From positions 5,203-69,202 of the forward strand of contig JAGRDY010000001.1 in the NCBI GenBank assembly GCA_020446815.1: a DNA stretch of 64,000 bases, in the 5' to 3' direction. This DNA comes from Paracoccaceae bacterium. Lineage in GTDB: Bacteria; Pseudomonadota; Alphaproteobacteria; Rhodobacterales; Rhodobacteraceae. A model generated the notes under the pieces. That model saw only the letters and a program-made list of their open reading frames with translations. It ran no database searches and was not told the origin of the DNA. The translations under genes and the position numbers were made by a program. Below are positions 38,032 to 48,107 of this stretch, piece by piece. How positions within the stretch are numbered: the stretch's first letter is position 1; each line of letters begins with the position of its first letter.

Positions 38032-39117
38032 TCACGCCGCCTGATATTGCAGAATGGCGGCCTCGGGCGTGGTCAGATTGCGGCGGGCATAGCCGCCGTA
38101 GCGGTAAGGGTCCTCGGCGATTTCCGGCATCAGATCAAGCAGGTTCGCCCTTTGAGCGGCATCAATCATGTCGAGACAGGCATTGGCCGGATGGAAACTT
38201 TCGGTCTCAAGGCCATTGGCCCAGACGATCTGGTGTCTTTCCGTCATGACGTGAATATAGCTCACCTCGCGAATCCCGGTTTCGGTCACGATCAGATGCC
38301 CGTCGACAAGATCGCGGGCGGCGACCAGCACTTCGGGTTGATTGAACAGCGACATCGCCGATGGTGTCTTGACCAGCATCCGGTGTTCGGGCGACACGAT
38401 CAGGTCGCGATCGGGCCGGTCTTCGCCCATGGCGCCGGCGCGGATACGGATGGGGCGCAGATGCGGCATCGCATAGAGCCGGGCACCCGTCATTCGCCGC
38501 TGCCCAGTCCAGAGCACTTCCTGCGCCCCGTCGTCCTTGGTGCAGATCCGGTCGCCTGCGCGGATGTCCTCGATCAGGCGCGGGCCTTCGGGTGTTTCGA
38601 GGGTCGTGCCAGGCGTGAAGCAGATCACGCCGGGCGCCTGGCCGCTTGATGCGGCAATGGCCTCGCGATCGCCGGAATGTTCGATAACAAACAGATCGAC
38701 ATCCATTGGCGGCATGCATCCGTCGAACAACACCAGCAAATCGCCGGTGTCGGCCCTGACTGCCGTCAGAGGGTAGTTGTTCACACCGTCGGTGACGACA
38801 AATCCCTGGGGCGCACCGGTATCATCGCCGGCCGGATCAGCGGCCGCCGCGCGCTTCGGCGCATTTTCGGGCATGAGCCCCACACCGCGCAGAACCCGCG
38901 CTGCCGCAAGCGCGGCATGTTCATGCAGATGGCTGGCTCCAAGCGGGTCTTGCAGCGTTAGGATTTCGTCGTGCCTGTCGATACCGGTGGCTTTGCCCCA
39001 CCACCGCCACTGCGCCCCGATCGCAAGGGCCGCGAAAGGTGCCGCCCGGATACTGTCAATCTCTGTCTGCGCCCACGAAATGACACACGCGCCCCGAGAG
39101 CCCGCATTCCTGCCCAT
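38032..39117 (-). CDS. Hint (Hedgehog/intein-like) domain-containing protein
   Basis: C-terminal half VICFTPGTTLETPEGPRLIEDIRAGDRICTKDDGAQEVLWTG...HRMLV...YIHVMTERHQIVWANGLETESFHP is the bacterial Hint module. Start uncertain (ATG at 39117 or TTG at 39156). Confidence 0.8.
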   Translation of the reverse strand: MGRNAGSRGACVISWAQTEIDSIRAAPFAALAIGAQWRWWGKATGIDRHDEILTLQDPLGASHLHEHAALAAARVLRGVGLMPENAPKRAAAADPAGDDTGAPQGFVVTDGVNNYPLTAVRADTGDLLVLFDGCMPPMDVDLFVIEHSGDREAIAASSGQAPGVICFTPGTTLETPEGPRLIEDIRAGDRICTKDDGAQEVLWTGQRRMTGARLYAMPHLRPIRIRAGAMGEDRPDRDLIVSPEHRMLVKTPSAMSLFNQPEVLVAARDLVDGHLIVTETGIREVSYIHVMTERHQIVWANGLETESFHPANACLDMIDAAQRANLLDLMPEIAEDPYRYGGYARRNLTTPEAAILQYQAA

Positions 39118-39251
39118 AAGCCTGCCTTTTTCGTTTTTTGAGCCGCTTCCGGCCAATTATTGGCAAAAGGTTAACACATGGGCGGAGTCATGAGAAGCCG
39201 TAACCTGGCAACTGCCGCCCGGCATAGGCGCAGGAGGGCTGGCGCGACCAA

Positions 39252-39273
39252 GCCCCGGCGCAAGCGCCGGGGC
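39252..39273 (-). terminator. Perfect GC palindrome downstream of gcvP (possible terminator)
   Basis: GCCCCGGCGC-aa-GCGCCGGGGC. Only a weak T tract (TTGGT) follows on the minus strand. Confidence 0.35.
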
Positions 39274-39330
39274 CGTGTCGCCCGACCGGGCGCAGCGAAC
39301 GGCCCCGGGCGGGCGCCGGATGCGGTAGGT

Positions 39331-42180
39331 CTACTCTGCGGCGTCCAGATAGCTTTCGACCGGCGGGCAGATGCAAACCAGGTTGCGGTCGCCATAGACA
39401 TTGTCGACGCGTCCCACGGGCGGCCAGTATTTGTCGATGCGAAATGCCCCCGGCGGGAAACAGCCCGCCTCGCGGCTATAGGGCCGGTCCCAGTCGCCGA
39501 TCAGCGCCTCGACCGTATGAGGGGCATGTTTCAGCGGGTTGTTGGTTGGGTCGATCTCGCCCTTTTCGATCTGGGAAATCTCATCGCGGATTGACAGCAT
39601 GGCGGTGACGAAACGATCCAGCTCGGCCTTGGTTTCCGACTCGGTCGGCTCCACCATCAGGGTTCCGGCCACTGGCCAGCTCATCGTGGGTGCGTGAAAG
39701 CCGTTGTCGATCAGCCGCTTGGCAATATCGTCGACAGTAACATGCGCGCTTTCCTCGAATGGCCTTGTGTCGAGAATGCATTCATGGGCCACCCGGCCCT
39801 TGCTGCCCTTGAACAGGACATCGTAGCCCCCTTCCAGCCGCTTGGCGATGTAATTGGCGTTGAGGATCGCCACCTTGGTCGCCTGGGTCAACCCGTCGCC
39901 GCCCATCATCAGCACATAGGCCCAGGAAATCGGCAGGATCGAGGCCGAGCCCCACGGCGCGGCCGAAACCGGGCCTTCCTGGCCGCCGGTTTCCGGGTGG
40001 CCGGGCAGATATGGGGCAAGATGCGCCTTCACGCCAATGGGGCCCATTCCCGGACCCCCGCCGCCATGCGGGATGCAGAACGTCTTGTGCAGGTTGAGAT
40101 GGCTGACATCGCCCCCCAGATCGCCGGGCCGCACCAATCCGACCATCGCATTCATGTTGGCCCCGTCGATATAGACCTGCCCGCCGCATTCATGGGTGAT
40201 CTTGCAGATCTCCTTCACGGTTTCCTCGAAAACCCCGTGCGTCGAGGGATAGGTGATCATGCATGCCGCCAGCCTGTCGCCCGCCGCTTCGGCCTTGGCG
40301 CGGAAATCGGCGATATCAATGTCCCCGTTCGCCGCCGATTTCACCACCACAACCTTGAGCCCCGCCATCTGCGCCGAAGCCGGGTTGGTGCCATGCGCCG
40401 ATACCGGGATCAGACAAATCTCCCGGTTGCTGTCGCCGTTCGCCCGGTGATAGGCCCTGATGGTCAAGAGGCCGGAATATTCACCCTGGGCGCCGGAATT
40501 GGGCTGCATTGACATCGCGTCGTAACCCGAAACGGCACAGAGCTTGGCCGAAAGATCGGCCAGCATCTCGGCATAGCCTTCGACCTGATCGGCGGGGGCG
40601 AAAGGATGCAGGTTTGAAAACTCCGGCCAGGTTATCGGCATCATTTCCGCGGCCGCGTTCAGCTTCATCGTACACGATCCGAGCGGGATCATCGCCCGGT
40701 CAAGCGCCAGATCGCGGTCGGCGAGGCGGCGCATGTACCGCATCATTTCCGTTTCGGCCCGGTTCATGTGGAATACCGGATGGGTCAGGTATTCGGATTC
40801 TCGCAGCAACGCGTCCTGGATGCGGTGTTCGGAGGTTTCCTCGGTATCTTCCCGGTCGATGCCAAAAGCCCGCCACAGCCGCGACACCGTATCGCGCCGG
40901 GTGGTTTCATCGAGCGATATGCCGATGCTGGTCGCGCCTATCTTGCGCAGGTTCAGGCGATTGTCGCGCGCTGCTTTCAGGATAACCCCCTGCATCGCGC
41001 CCACTTCAACGGTGATCGTATCGAAGAAGTGCCTGGGCGTGACGCTGTAGCCGGCCCCTTCAAGCGCATCGGCCACCCGTACCGCCTTGCGGTGAATATG
41101 CTGGGCAATGGCCTGCAAGCCTTCCGGCCCGTGAAAGACCGCATAGAACGATGCCATGTTGGCCAGAAGCGCCTGTGCCGTGCAAACGTTCGATGTGGCC
41201 TTTTCGCGGCGAATGTGCTGTTCGCGGGTTTGCAGGCTGAGCCGGTAGGCCTTGCCGCCCTGCGCGTCGATCGACACGCCGACAATGCGCCCCGGCATGT
41301 TGCGTTTGTGTTCGTCCTTGCAGGCCATATAGGCTGCCGATGGCCCGCCGAAGCCCATCGGCACGCCGAACCGCTGGGTAGAGCCCACGGCAATATCCGC
41401 ACCCATCGCGCCGGGTTCTTTCAGGATCGTCAGCGCCAGCGGATCGGCGATCAGGATGCCCACGGCCCTTGCATCGTGAAGGGCGGCGATGGGGTCGGTG
41501 AAATCGGTGATATGCCCGTATGTGCCGGGATACTGGAATATCGCGCCAAAAACCTTTGCTGGGTCCAGCTTGGCCGGATCTCCGACAATCACGTCGATGC
41601 CAAGCGGGGCCGCGCGGGTCTTCATCACCGCGATGTTTTGCGGATGACAATTTTCATCCACGAAAAAGCCGGTGGCCTTTGATTTCGCGACGCGCTGGGC
41701 CATGGTCATCGCCTCGGCGGCGGCCGTTGCCTCATCCAGCAGCGATGCGTTGGCGATTTCCAGGCCCGTCAGATCGCAGACCATGGTCTGGAAATTAAGC
41801 AGCGCCTCCAGCCGTCCCTGGCTGATTTCCGGTTGATAGGGGGTATAGGCTGTGTACCACGCGGGGTTTTCAAGAATATTGCGCTGGATCGCTGGCGGGC
41901 AGACCGTGCCGTAAAACCCCTGCCCGATCATCGAGGTGAAAACGGTGTTCTTCCTGGCAACCTGCCGCATGTACCACAAGAGTTCGCGTTCCGACATGGC
42001 CTTGCCGAAGTCGAGCGGCTCTTTCTGACGCAGGGATTTTGGGATGGTCTGGTCGATCAGTTCGTCCAGATCCCGAACCCCCAGCACCTTGAACATTTCC
42101 GCCATTTCCGCCGGCGACGGGCCGATATGGCGGCGATTGGCAAAGTCGTAGGGCAGATATCCGGTCGGTGTGAAGGGCAT
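39331..42180 (-). CDS. gcvP: Glycine dehydrogenase (decarboxylating), P protein
   Basis: 949-aa single-chain GcvP with [19 protein letters not shown]-lysine block. Confidence 0.97.
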   Translation of the reverse strand: MPFTPTGYLPYDFANRRHIGPSPAEMAEMFKVLGVRDLDELIDQTIPKSLRQKEPLDFGKAMSERELLWYMRQVARKNTVFTSMIGQGFYGTVCPPAIQRNILENPAWYTAYTPYQPEISQGRLEALLNFQTMVCDLTGLEIANASLLDEATAAAEAMTMAQRVAKSKATGFFVDENCHPQNIAVMKTRAAPLGIDVIVGDPAKLDPAKVFGAIFQYPGTYGHITDFTDPIAALHDARAVGILIADPLALTILKEPGAMGADIAVGSTQRFGVPMGFGGPSAAYMACKDEHKRNMPGRIVGVSIDAQGGKAYRLSLQTREQHIRREKATSNVCTAQALLANMASFYAVFHGPEGLQAIAQHIHRKAVRVADALEGAGYSVTPRHFFDTITVEVGAMQGVILKAARDNRLNLRKIGATSIGISLDETTRRDTVSRLWRAFGIDREDTEETSEHRIQDALLRESEYLTHPVFHMNRAETEMMRYMRRLADRDLALDRAMIPLGSCTMKLNAAAEMMPITWPEFSNLHPFAPADQVEGYAEMLADLSAKLCAVSGYDAMSMQPNSGAQGEYSGLLTIRAYHRANGDSNREICLIPVSAHGTNPASAQMAGLKVVVVKSAANGDIDIADFRAKAEAAGDRLAACMITYPSTHGVFEETVKEICKITHECGGQVYIDGANMNAMVGLVRPGDLGGDVSHLNLHKTFCIPHGGGGPGMGPIGVKAHLAPYLPGHPETGGQEGPVSAAPWGSASILPISWAYVLMMGGDGLTQATKVAILNANYIAKRLEGGYDVLFKGSKGRVAHECILDTRPFEESAHVTVDDIAKRLIDNGFHAPTMSWPVAGTLMVEPTESETKAELDRFVTAMLSIRDEISQIEKGEIDPTNNPLKHAPHTVEALIGDWDRPYSREAGCFPPGAFRIDKYWPPVGRVDNVYGDRNLVCICPPVESYLDAAE

Positions 42181-42194
42181 CGTGTGGCTCCTGG

Positions 42195-42545
42195 TCAGGT
42201 ATGGCTGAGGATATTGACAAGCGACCCTGCCGGATCGCGCAGGTAGAAACGGCGAACGCCCCAGGGCTCGTCGACCGGGCCATATTCGACGGGCGCCGCC
42301 AACTGGTGCGCCCGGTCAAGCACCGCATCGAGATCGTCCACCTCGATCGAGACGGCCGGAACCGCCGTTCCCGAGCCACCCTCCGATGCCGCGCTGATCT
42401 GGACACTGGCCTGTGTAGCGCTGCCGAAGGTATTGATGAAACCGTGATCCATCAGCAGCTCAAGATCGAGAAGTTCGCAATAGAACGTGGCAAGCGCCGC
42501 CGGGTCGGAGGCCGCCAGATTGGCGACGATCCGGCGGACCGTCAT
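42195..42545 (-). CDS. VOC (glyoxalase/bleomycin-resistance fold) family protein
   Basis: 116 aa. [36 protein letters not shown]...[23 protein letters not shown] is typical VOC. The ATG overlaps the gcvH stop codon (ATGA). Confidence 0.8.
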   Translation of the reverse strand: MTVRRIVANLAASDPAALATFYCELLDLELLMDHGFINTFGSATQASVQISAASEGGSGTAVPAVSIEVDDLDAVLDRAHQLAAPVEYGPVDEPWGVRRFYLRDPAGSLVNILSHT

Positions 42546-42901
42546 CCGATGAGTTCCTTGTAGGCGTCTTCGTCCATGAATTCATCGAGAACCGACAGGT
42601 CATCGAGCTTCATCTTGAAAAACCACGCGTCGCCGGTGGGATCCTCGTTGACCAGCCCAGGATTGTCGACCAGCTTTTCGTTGACCGCGACAATCTCGCC
42701 ATCGACCGGGGCAAGGATATCCGACGCCGCCTTGACGCTTTCGATCACCGCCGCCTCGTCTCCGCGTGCGACCATGGTTTCGACCTCGGGCAATTCGACA
42801 AACACGACATCGCCCAGCTGCTCGGAGGCGTGATCGGTAATGCCGACGGTGACAAGATCGCCATCGACACGCAGCCATTCGTGATCTTCGGTATATTTCA
42901 T
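42542..42901 (-). CDS. gcvH: Glycine cleavage system H protein
   Basis: [40 protein letters not shown]...[16 protein letters not shown] contains the lipoyl-lysine motif. Confidence 0.95.
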   Translation of the reverse strand: MKYTEDHEWLRVDGDLVTVGITDHASEQLGDVVFVELPEVETMVARGDEAAVIESVKAASDILAPVDGEIVAVNEKLVDNPGLVNEDPTGDAWFFKMKLDDLSVLDEFMDEDAYKELIG

Positions 42902-42922
42902 GAGTCTTTTCCCTGATTGTGG

Positions 42923-44047
42923 TTAGCGTTTGTATCTTGTCGGCTGGAACGGCATCGGCGCAATGGTGGCGGGCAGCCGTTTGCCGCGCACCTCGCCGAA
43001 CACAATCGACCCTTCCGGCATGTCGGCGGGCAGATAGGCCATCGCCATCGGCCCACCGATCGAAGGGCCGAAACCACCCGAGGTGATGGTGCCGATCGGC
43101 GCGCCCCCTTCGGGGCCCGCGAACACTTCCGTGCCTTCGCGCATGGGCGCCCGCCCGTCAGGGCGCAGGCCGACGCGGCGCCGTGAAGGGCCATCGCGCA
43201 ATTCGCCCAGAATCCGCGCCGCACCCGGAAAGCCGCCTTCGCGCGCCCCGCCGCTGCGGCGCACCTTCTGGATAGCCCATGTCAGGTTGCCTTCGACAGG
43301 CGATGTTGCGGTATCGATATCATGGCCGTAAAGGCACATTCCCGCCTCCAGCCGCAAACTGTCGCGCGCGCCCAGGCCGATCAGCTCGACTTCGGCCATG
43401 TCGAGCAAAGTCCGGGCCAGCCGTTTGGCGAATTTCTCCGGCACCGAGATTTCAAAACCATCTTCGCCCGTATAGCCCGAACGCGAAATCCATAGCTCGG
43501 CGCTGTCCCACTGGCGGATTGCCACATCCATGAAAGCCAGGTCCACGACATCGGGCACCAGCCGTGCCAATGCCGTTTCCGCCTTCGGCCCCTGCAAGGC
43601 CAGAAGCGCCCGGTCGCTGACCATGCCCAGATCGCAATCGGTGAGATGCGCCTGAAGATGGGCGAAATCGGCATCCTTGCAGGCGGCATTGACCACCAGA
43701 AACAGGTGATCGCCACGATTGGCAACCATCAGGTCGTCGCGTATCCCGCCCGCGTCATTGGTGAACATCGCATAGCGCTGGCGGCCTTCCTTCAGCCCCA
43801 GAACATCGACCGGCACCAGCCGCTCCAGCGCCAGTGCGGCATCCTCGATGCGCCCCGATCTGGCAGAGAGCAGCACCTGCCCCATATGGCTGACATCGAA
43901 AAGCCCTGCGGCGGCGCGGGTGTGAAGATGCTCCTTCATCACCCCCATCGGGTACTGGACCGGCATTTCATAGCCCGCGAAGGGCACCATCTTGCCGCCC
44001 AGACCGACATGCAGGTCGAATAGAACCGTTCGTTTCAGGTCGGCCAT
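42923..44047 (-). CDS. gcvT: Glycine cleavage system aminomethyltransferase T
   Basis: From the ATG at 44047 (AAGGAGG Shine-Dalgarno sequence). MADLKRTVLFDLHVGLGGKMVPFAGYEMPVQY... is canonical GcvT. Confidence 0.95.
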   Translation of the reverse strand: MADLKRTVLFDLHVGLGGKMVPFAGYEMPVQYPMGVMKEHLHTRAAAGLFDVSHMGQVLLSARSGRIEDAALALERLVPVDVLGLKEGRQRYAMFTNDAGGIRDDLMVANRGDHLFLVVNAACKDADFAHLQAHLTDCDLGMVSDRALLALQGPKAETALARLVPDVVDLAFMDVAIRQWDSAELWISRSGYTGEDGFEISVPEKFAKRLARTLLDMAEVELIGLGARDSLRLEAGMCLYGHDIDTATSPVEGNLTWAIQKVRRSGGAREGGFPGAARILGELRDGPSRRRVGLRPDGRAPMREGTEVFAGPEGGAPIGTITSGGFGPSIGGPMAMAYLPADMPEGSIVFGEVRGKRLPATIAPMPFQPTRYKR

Positions 44048-44127
44048 TGCCGCCCTCCTTGTTCTTTCGCCGGTCTGCCATATGCTCCGGCACCGTTGCA
44101 GCAGAGTCAAACCCTGCTTTCGCGATG

Positions 44128-44300
44128 CCCCCTCTGTCCTTCCGCCTGAGATCGTTATCCCTTCGGCGCCCCGGGCAACATGGTCCGGGATCTCTCCAGA
44201 GTTTCGTGATCAGAACGGTCCTTGCGCCTGAGAGTTTACCGGGGCGGTTGCTCCTTCGGCACCGGCTGGGGTTTTACCCTTCGCCGATTCTCCCGATTCC
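44128..44300 (-). promoter_or_regulatory. Tandem glycine riboswitch (two aptamers) in the gcvT leader
   Basis: Minus strand reads GGGAGAATCGGCGAAGGG...GTGCCGAAGGAGCAACCGCCCC...CTCTCAGGCGCAAGGACCG, then CTCTGGAGAGATCCCGG...GGCGCCGAAGGGATAACGATCTCAGGCGGAAGGACAGAGG. Both carry the conserved GGAGA / CCGAAGG(A/G)GCAA-like / CTCAGGC.AAGGAC blocks. Confidence 0.88.
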
Positions 44301-44429
44301 GACAGGTGCTGCATAGCCGGGATCGACGTATTCTGGCAATAGGGTATACGATGGAATACACCGCGCCCGCACGGGCAGGCGGGGCAACACGCTTGCTCTG
44401 CGGCCTATCATCGGGCATGGATCGCGTTC

Positions 44430-44999
44430 ATGAGTTCTCAGAAATTTCCCGCGTTTTTCGGTTATGGCTCGCTGGTCAACCGGGCGACCCATGACTATGC
44501 GCCGGCTGTGCCGGCTCGGCTCAGGGGTTGGCGACGGGTCTGGCGGCATACGGTGCTGCGGCCTTTTGCCTTCCTGTCGGTGGAACCCGCAGATGCCGAG
44601 ATCGACGGGCTTGTCGCGGCCGTTCCGCACGGCGACTGGTCGGCGCTCGATCAGCGCGAAGCCGCATATGATCGCACCGGTCTGGCCGCCGGGGCGCTTC
44701 GTCACGATGCCGGCTGGGCGCAATCAGTCGAAATATATGCCGTCGCCAGGGATCACGCCGATCCTGCGGCACGCCACCCGATCCTGCTCAGCTATCTGGA
44801 TGTGGTGGTGCAGGGCTTCCTGCGGGAATTCGGCACAACCGGAGCCAACGGTTTCTTTGCCTCCACCCAGGGTTGGGAAACCGCGATTCTCGACGACCGC
44901 GCGGCACCTGTCTATCCCCGTCACCAGGTCCTGACAAAAGGCGAAACCGCCTTCGTGGACGAGACCCTGCACAGGCTCGGCATCAAGACCGCGCCTTGA
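44430..44999 (+). CDS. Gamma-glutamylcyclotransferase-fold (AIG2/GGCT-like) protein
   Basis: N-terminal FFGYGSLVNRATH motif and about 190 aa length. Confidence 0.65.
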   Translation: MSSQKFPAFFGYGSLVNRATHDYAPAVPARLRGWRRVWRHTVLRPFAFLSVEPADAEIDGLVAAVPHGDWSALDQREAAYDRTGLAAGALRHDAGWAQSVEIYAVARDHADPAARHPILLSYLDVVVQGFLREFGTTGANGFFASTQGWETAILDDRAAPVYPRHQVLTKGETAFVDETLHRLGIKTAP

Positions 45000-45059
45000 C
45001 GTCCGGGCGTTCATTTCGGGAAAATTCCTTTCAGGGGTCCGGGGGTGCCCCACGGGTTC

Positions 45060-46391
45060 TTAATCTGACCCGAAGGCCCGGACCTTTTGCAAAAGCGGCA
45101 TCAGATCGGCCATTTCGGGGCCATGTTGCTGGCCGGTCAACGCACGACGCAGCGGCATGAACAGCGCCTTGCCCTTGCGGCCCGTCGCCTTTTTCACCGA
45201 TTCGGTCCACTCCGCCCAGGTCGATTGCGTGTAAGGCGGCGGTGGCAGCAGCGCCATGGCTTCGGCGACGAATGCCCTGTCTTCCGGCGCCACGACGGGC
45301 TCTGCGCCATCGCGGCAAAGCGCCCACCATCCGGCAAGATCATCGATGACGGTGATGTTCTTGGATACTACCTCCCAGAACCGGCCGGCCAACGCGTCAG
45401 GCACCCCGAGCGCCGCGATCCGGTCGCGGACGGCATCGAACGGCAAGGACTGATTATGCTTCTGGGTCAACGGGAACAGATCGGCCACGTCGAATTTCGT
45501 CGGCGCCGAGCCGAATTGCGCGAGATCGAACCCATCGGCGATTTCATCAAGCGAGGCCCGCAGTTCGACCGGCTGTGACGACCCCAGACGCGCCATCAGG
45601 CTTAACAGCGCTTCTGGCTCCACGCCCTGTGCCCGCAAATCACGCAAAGACAGCGCACCGAGCCGCTTGGACAACCCTTCGCCCTGCGCCCCGGTCAACA
45701 GCGAATGGTGCGCAAACGCGGGCGGTGTACCGCCGAGCGCCTGCATGATCTGAATCTGCGTCGCGGTATTGGTCACATGATCAGCCCCGCGCACGATATG
45801 CGTGACGCCCATGTCCACATCATCCACCGAAGACGCAAAAGTATAGAGCACCTGCCCATCGGCGCGGATCAGAACCGGGTCGGAAACCGAAGCCGCGTCA
45901 ATCGAAATATGCCCCATGATCCCGTCGGCCCATTCAATGCGCTCCAGATCGAGTTGAAAGCGCCAGTACCCCTCGCGCCCCTCGGCACGCATCTTTTCGC
46001 GCTCGGGCTCTGACAGGCTCAGTGACGCACGGTCATAAACCGGCGGCTTGCCCATGTTGCGCTGTTTCTTGCGCTTCAGGTCGAGTTCGGTCGGTGTCTC
46101 GAAGCATTCATAAAAACGGCCTTTGGCCCGCAGGCCCGCCGCGGCTTCGCCATAGCGCTCAAGCCGGTCGGATTGCCGCTCGACCCGGTCCCAGGCCAGG
46201 CCCAGCCAGTCGAGATCGCGCATGATGCCATCGACATATTCCTGTTTCGACCTTTCCTTGTCGGTGTCGTCGAGGCGCAGTATGAACGTTCCCCCGGCCT
46301 TGCGCGCAATGAGGTAGTTGAAAAGGGCCGCACGCAGGTTGCCGACATGAATGTAGCCGGTGGGCGACGGGGCAAAACGGGTGGTGGTCAT
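45060..46391 (-). CDS. gltX: Glutamate--tRNA ligase
   Basis: From the ATG at 46391 (GGAGA Shine-Dalgarno sequence). MTTTRFAPSPTGYIHVGNLR (HIGH) and LSKRLG (KMSKS-like) motifs. Confidence 0.95.
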   Translation of the reverse strand: MTTTRFAPSPTGYIHVGNLRAALFNYLIARKAGGTFILRLDDTDKERSKQEYVDGIMRDLDWLGLAWDRVERQSDRLERYGEAAAGLRAKGRFYECFETPTELDLKRKKQRNMGKPPVYDRASLSLSEPEREKMRAEGREGYWRFQLDLERIEWADGIMGHISIDAASVSDPVLIRADGQVLYTFASSVDDVDMGVTHIVRGADHVTNTATQIQIMQALGGTPPAFAHHSLLTGAQGEGLSKRLGALSLRDLRAQGVEPEALLSLMARLGSSQPVELRASLDEIADGFDLAQFGSAPTKFDVADLFPLTQKHNQSLPFDAVRDRIAALGVPDALAGRFWEVVSKNITVIDDLAGWWALCRDGAEPVVAPEDRAFVAEAMALLPPPPYTQSTWAEWTESVKKATGRKGKALFMPLRRALTGQQHGPEMADLMPLLQKVRAFGSD

Positions 46392-46466
46392 GGCGGTCTC
46401 CTGTTGGCGCCCCTCTTTCACATGGCGCGCATTTTGTCCATATGGGCTCAGAGCAAGGAGACGGAC

Positions 46467-46874
46467 ATGCAGGACTGGCTGGGGCGCGTCGCGCCCGATC
46501 TGGACGCGATTGAAACTCTGGCGCGTGCGACAATCACCGATCTGCCGCCGGCATTTGTCGGGCCGGCGGGGTCGGTATTGCTGCGCATCGCCGATTTCCC
46601 GCCCGAGGAATTTCTCGACGATCTGAATGTCGAAGATCCGTTCGAACTGACCGGATTATATGACGGCGTGCCGATGACCGAAAAATCGGTGATGGACATG
46701 ATGGACCGCCCCGACACCATCTGGCTGTTTCGCCGCCCCATCCTTGATGAATGGGCCGAGCGGGGCAACGTCACGCTCGGCCAACTGGTGGCGCATGTGC
46801 TGATCCATGAACTGGCGCATCACTTCGGTTGGACCGACGCGGAAATCGCCGCGATTGACCGCTGGTGGGAATAG
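46467..46874 (+). CDS. Small zinc metallopeptidase-like protein (DUF1025-type)
   Basis: From the ATG at 46467. HExxH motif in VLIHELAHHFGWTDAEI and acidic N-region typical of the family. Confidence 0.7.
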   Translation: MQDWLGRVAPDLDAIETLARATITDLPPAFVGPAGSVLLRIADFPPEEFLDDLNVEDPFELTGLYDGVPMTEKSVMDMMDRPDTIWLFRRPILDEWAERGNVTLGQLVAHVLIHELAHHFGWTDAEIAAIDRWWE

Positions 46875-46897
46875 GCGCGGCGCCCCTCGCCCGGCCG

Positions 46898-47506
46898 TCA
46901 GGCGATGATCTTCGCGGTCATCTCGACCAGACGCCGGGCCTGGTGGGCGACGGCGGCGCGGCCCTTGTCGTCGAACGCGCCTGCCCTGGTCGAAAAGCCG
47001 TAGGGGTTGCCGCCGGCTTCGAACAGCACCGGATCGGTATAGCCGGGCGCCACGATGATGGCGCCCCAATGCATGGCGGTGGTGTAAAGCGACAGGATCG
47101 TCGCCTCCTGCCCGCCATGGGTGTTCTGGGCGCTGGTCGTGGCGGTAAAGGTCTTGTTGGCCAAAGCACCTTTCATCCACAGCCCGCCAAGCGTATCGAT
47201 GAAGGCGCGCAACTGGCTGGCAACCACCCCATATCGCGTGGGTGACGAAAAGAAATATCCGTCGGCCCATTGCATGTCGTCATGCGTCACTTCGGCGATG
47301 TCCGCGGTTTTCGTGGCCTGCGCCTTCCAGGCCTCTTGCGCCTCGACAACTTCTTTCGGGGCTGTCTCGGGGACGCGGCGCAGCCGCACTTCGGCACCTG
47401 CCGCCTCGGCGGCCTTGGCGGCAGCTTCGGCCACTTGATGATTGGTGCCATAGGTCGAATAAAAGATGATGGCGATTTTCGGCTTGTTCACTTGAGTCTC
47501 CTGCAT
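46898..47506 (-). CDS. wrbA: NAD(P)H:quinone oxidoreductase, WrbA type
   Basis: [21 protein letters not shown] flavodoxin-like N-terminus and about 200 aa length. Confidence 0.9.
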   Translation of the reverse strand: MQETQVNKPKIAIIFYSTYGTNHQVAEAAAKAAEAAGAEVRLRRVPETAPKEVVEAQEAWKAQATKTADIAEVTHDDMQWADGYFFSSPTRYGVVASQLRAFIDTLGGLWMKGALANKTFTATTSAQNTHGGQEATILSLYTTAMHWGAIIVAPGYTDPVLFEAGGNPYGFSTRAGAFDDKGRAAVAHQARRLVEMTAKIIA

Positions 47507-47923
47507 AGATCATGAGGTGAACATATGGGCTGGACAGCGCCACACAATTGCGAATGAATGCAGGTCTTTTGTGCGAAAGTGACAGGAACCTTGCTGTTAT
47601 CCGGGCCGCATTCGCCAACCGTCGCCAAGGCATCCAGCCCTGCAATGACCGGCCGGGCGGACAGATTCGCGCCGGGGACTGTCAGAGGTATGAACGGCCG
47701 GTGCTGACCTCCCCGCACGTTTGGCCGCCACGCCATGCAGGTACGGCGAGATCAGCCCGCGGGGCCAATTCTTCCGCCAGTCCCGCCTTTGACGCAGCGC
47801 CCGCAGCCAGGCCGTGCACCGGGCGCCCGCAAGACAACCCCTTGCCAAATGAGCGACCGGCGAAGTTAACGCGCTGAAAAAGTTTGCGTTCTGGCAGGAC
47901 CGTCGATCGAGAAAGTGCGGGGA

Positions 47924-47971
47924 TGTAAATATATTCACATTTTATTTGACAGAAATGTAAAAATATTTACA
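47924..47971. promoter_or_regulatory. Two 16-bp palindromes, TGTAAATATATTCACA and TGTAAAAATATTTACA (CRP/FNR-family-like operators)
   Basis: Read directly at 47924-47939 and 47956-47971. Centres are 32 bp apart, inside a strongly AT-rich island 137-184 bp upstream of the ABC operon ATG at 48108. Confidence 0.4.
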
Positions 47972-48107
47972 TAAATATTGTTGTTTTTAAAATAGTTATT
48001 GAAAAGTTTTCCATAACTGCCATGATGACAGCGCTCTTGTAGGGCACTGGAAAAGTTCTGGCGGTTGCCGGGGCATGAACCCCAGATGGATAATAGCGGG
48101 AGGAAAG

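Noticed and set aside
47507-47920. Possible eroded gene between wrbA and the AT-rich island
   Set aside because: Some minus-strand frames give protein-like stretches, for example RPFIPLTVPGANLSARPVIAGLDALATVGECG. However, they are short, interrupted, and match no family I recognise. This is not supportable as a pseudogene.
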